A DNA stretch of 64,000 bases from Dicyema japonicum (taxonomy: Eukaryota; Animalia; Dicyemida). Positions 62,660-64,000 of this stretch are shown here, in pieces. A model generated the notes under the pieces. It was not told the origin of the DNA. It did not search any database and worked only from the letters and a program-made list of their open reading frames with translations. The stretch covers positions 657,232 through 721,231 of the forward strand of contig RDEW01000006.1 of assembly GCA_011109175.1 (NCBI GenBank), in the 5' to 3' direction. The position numbers and the translations under genes are program-made. Position 1 is the first letter of the stretch. Each line of letters begins with the position of its first letter.

Positions 62660-62895
62660 CGACGTTGCTTTATTTTTGATTGGTGACGTGCTTCTGTTTT
62701 TTCCCTGGAAAAATTATGTCTTTATCATGCTTAAATTCAAACTCTTTGTTCACCATCGCCAGATACAACGTTAAGGCTCTCATCTCTAATCAAAGAGAGA
62801 ACAACTATCTGTGCGAGGATGGCGAGGAGGATGGCTGTAAAGCATGGCTCAAGGGAAACCCTTTTAGGCTACGAGATGGAGCTTTAAACTAACTA
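62660..62895 (+). mobile_element. RTE mini-derivative (5' APE start fused to 3' tail)
   Basis: 62687-62810 matches 6445-6570 and is joined directly to a tail matching 6870-6950. Confidence 0.75.
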
Positions 62896-62899
62896 ATAT

Positions 62900-63600
62900 G
62901 GACGGTCCCCACGAGGCGCATGCATATGCGAAACATGGCTCGATGTACTGTCTGTACACGTTCATACGGACTAGGTGAGTACCAATCTTCCATATTCCCG
63001 ATAAACTTTTTAATACCTTCAGTTTCTTCTCCCATTTCAATAGAGTGTTTGCTACATGTGGTCAGACAGAGATGCATATCAAGTGTCACACCCAAGATTC
63101 CTTTGACATCTGTTGAAAGGGATGTCGACCTTGTTTAACTTCAACGTGACTGTTATCCTTTCAAATTTTTTGTCTGAAGTAAAAAAGGGACGTGGTCGAC
63201 TTCCCGTCATTCACCATGAGCCGGTTTTCCATTATCCAGGCGTTAAGCCGGTCCAGGTTAATTTTGTATTTTCTGGATGTCCGATCTCCCAAAGTCAAAA
63301 CATATCATTTACATAAGAGAGTAGAACATCATTATCATATTCAAAAAGTCGGGAGATCGACCAGAAAGAAGTTAACAAGAGCAGGAAATAAGGAGATCCT
63401 TAAGATACTCCGTTGGGGAGTAGACGAGTTCAGACTTCCGAGGAAAACACCTTAACGCAAGCTATGGCAGGGGCAAGTGACATTAAACAGCCAAAAGTCA
63501 AAATCATGATACCTCTCAAATGGAGTATCACAATGATCTCCATTATCCCCAACGATCTTTCAACTTCAGTCATCCCCCTTTATCTTACACCAATGGTTCA
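62900..63600 (-). mobile_element. LINE RT fragment
   Basis: LPNGVS*GSP and ILGVTLDMHL, same family as 3840-4546. Confidence 0.65.
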
Positions 63601-63639
63601 TAACCTTTTTTAAGTCACGCCTTACGATTTAATTTAATT

Positions 63640-63925
63640 TTTTTCAATTGTGGATTTATTCGGCCATTTTTTTTCAAATTGTACGTCGAAACTGTTTTTC
63701 CATCATTAGAGTGCAATGCCAACTGACCAAAATGTAATATTATCAAATATTACTAACCCAGAATTGTTGATATCCATATTTTCTAAATATGACTTAGCTT
63801 CAAAGTCATATTTTCAGATTTAATAAATTTTCTGTTATTTCTGGAGATATTTTAATGTTTTCATCTTCAAATGGATTTATACACCAATCAATAAATTCAA
63901 ATTTTCTAAATCATTAATATTCCTG
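63640..63925 (-). mobile_element. hAT (Buster/ZBED8-like) dimerisation-domain fragment
   Basis: WCINPFEDE...ENLLNLK.DFEAKSY...QQFWV matches the hAT C-terminal pattern. Confidence 0.5.
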
Positions 63926-63929
63926 CCTC

Positions 63930-64000
63930 GGGAACCGCTACCGATTTACTCCTGTTGCGGCCGAGTCATCGGGAGCCGTTGGTCAATGACAGCTGAGTTC
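63930..64000 (+). mobile_element. CRE RLE fragment at the window edge
   Basis: NRYRFTPVAAESSGA resembles RYRFVPVAIETSGA of 11115-11654. Confidence 0.5.

Noticed and set aside
1-64000. Alternative genetic code or stop-codon readthrough
   Set aside because: Conserved host proteins use TGG for Trp and end at TAA, TAG and TGA. Internal stops are confined to TE remnants, introns and shifted frames.

Overview
AT-rich eukaryotic, probably animal, genomic DNA. The host genes are compact and are interrupted by very short (about 20-27 nt) spliceosomal introns, an architecture like that reported for dicyemid mesozoans (taxon is an inference). Twelve host genes are supported: TCERG1, a divergent H2A, an orphan ORF, an SLC35A-type nucleotide-sugar transporter, a RING-H2 protein with acidic tandem repeats, ANAPC1, a divergent 7TM receptor, a plant-type DHCR7, a compact SYCP2-like gene, NDUFAF5, CLUH and RWDD2. 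The intergenic space is mostly decayed transposons: CRE-clade and R4/NeSL-like RLE retroelements, Ingi/Vingi-like and RTE LINEs, pogo/Tigger and hAT (Buster-type) DNA transposons. Many host genes show single-base frameshifts at homopolymer runs, most likely assembly errors. Main discovery candidate: an Ingi/Vingi-like LINE system whose 5' leader carries a covarying nested double pseudoknot (HDV-ribozyme topology but non-canonical core), followed by a 2A-like peptide, plus about 300-nt non-autonomous derivatives that join this leader to the LINE 3' tail. Also notable: a four-layer nested insertion whose layers can each be reconstructed. No CRISPR array, rRNA or tRNA gene could be supported.
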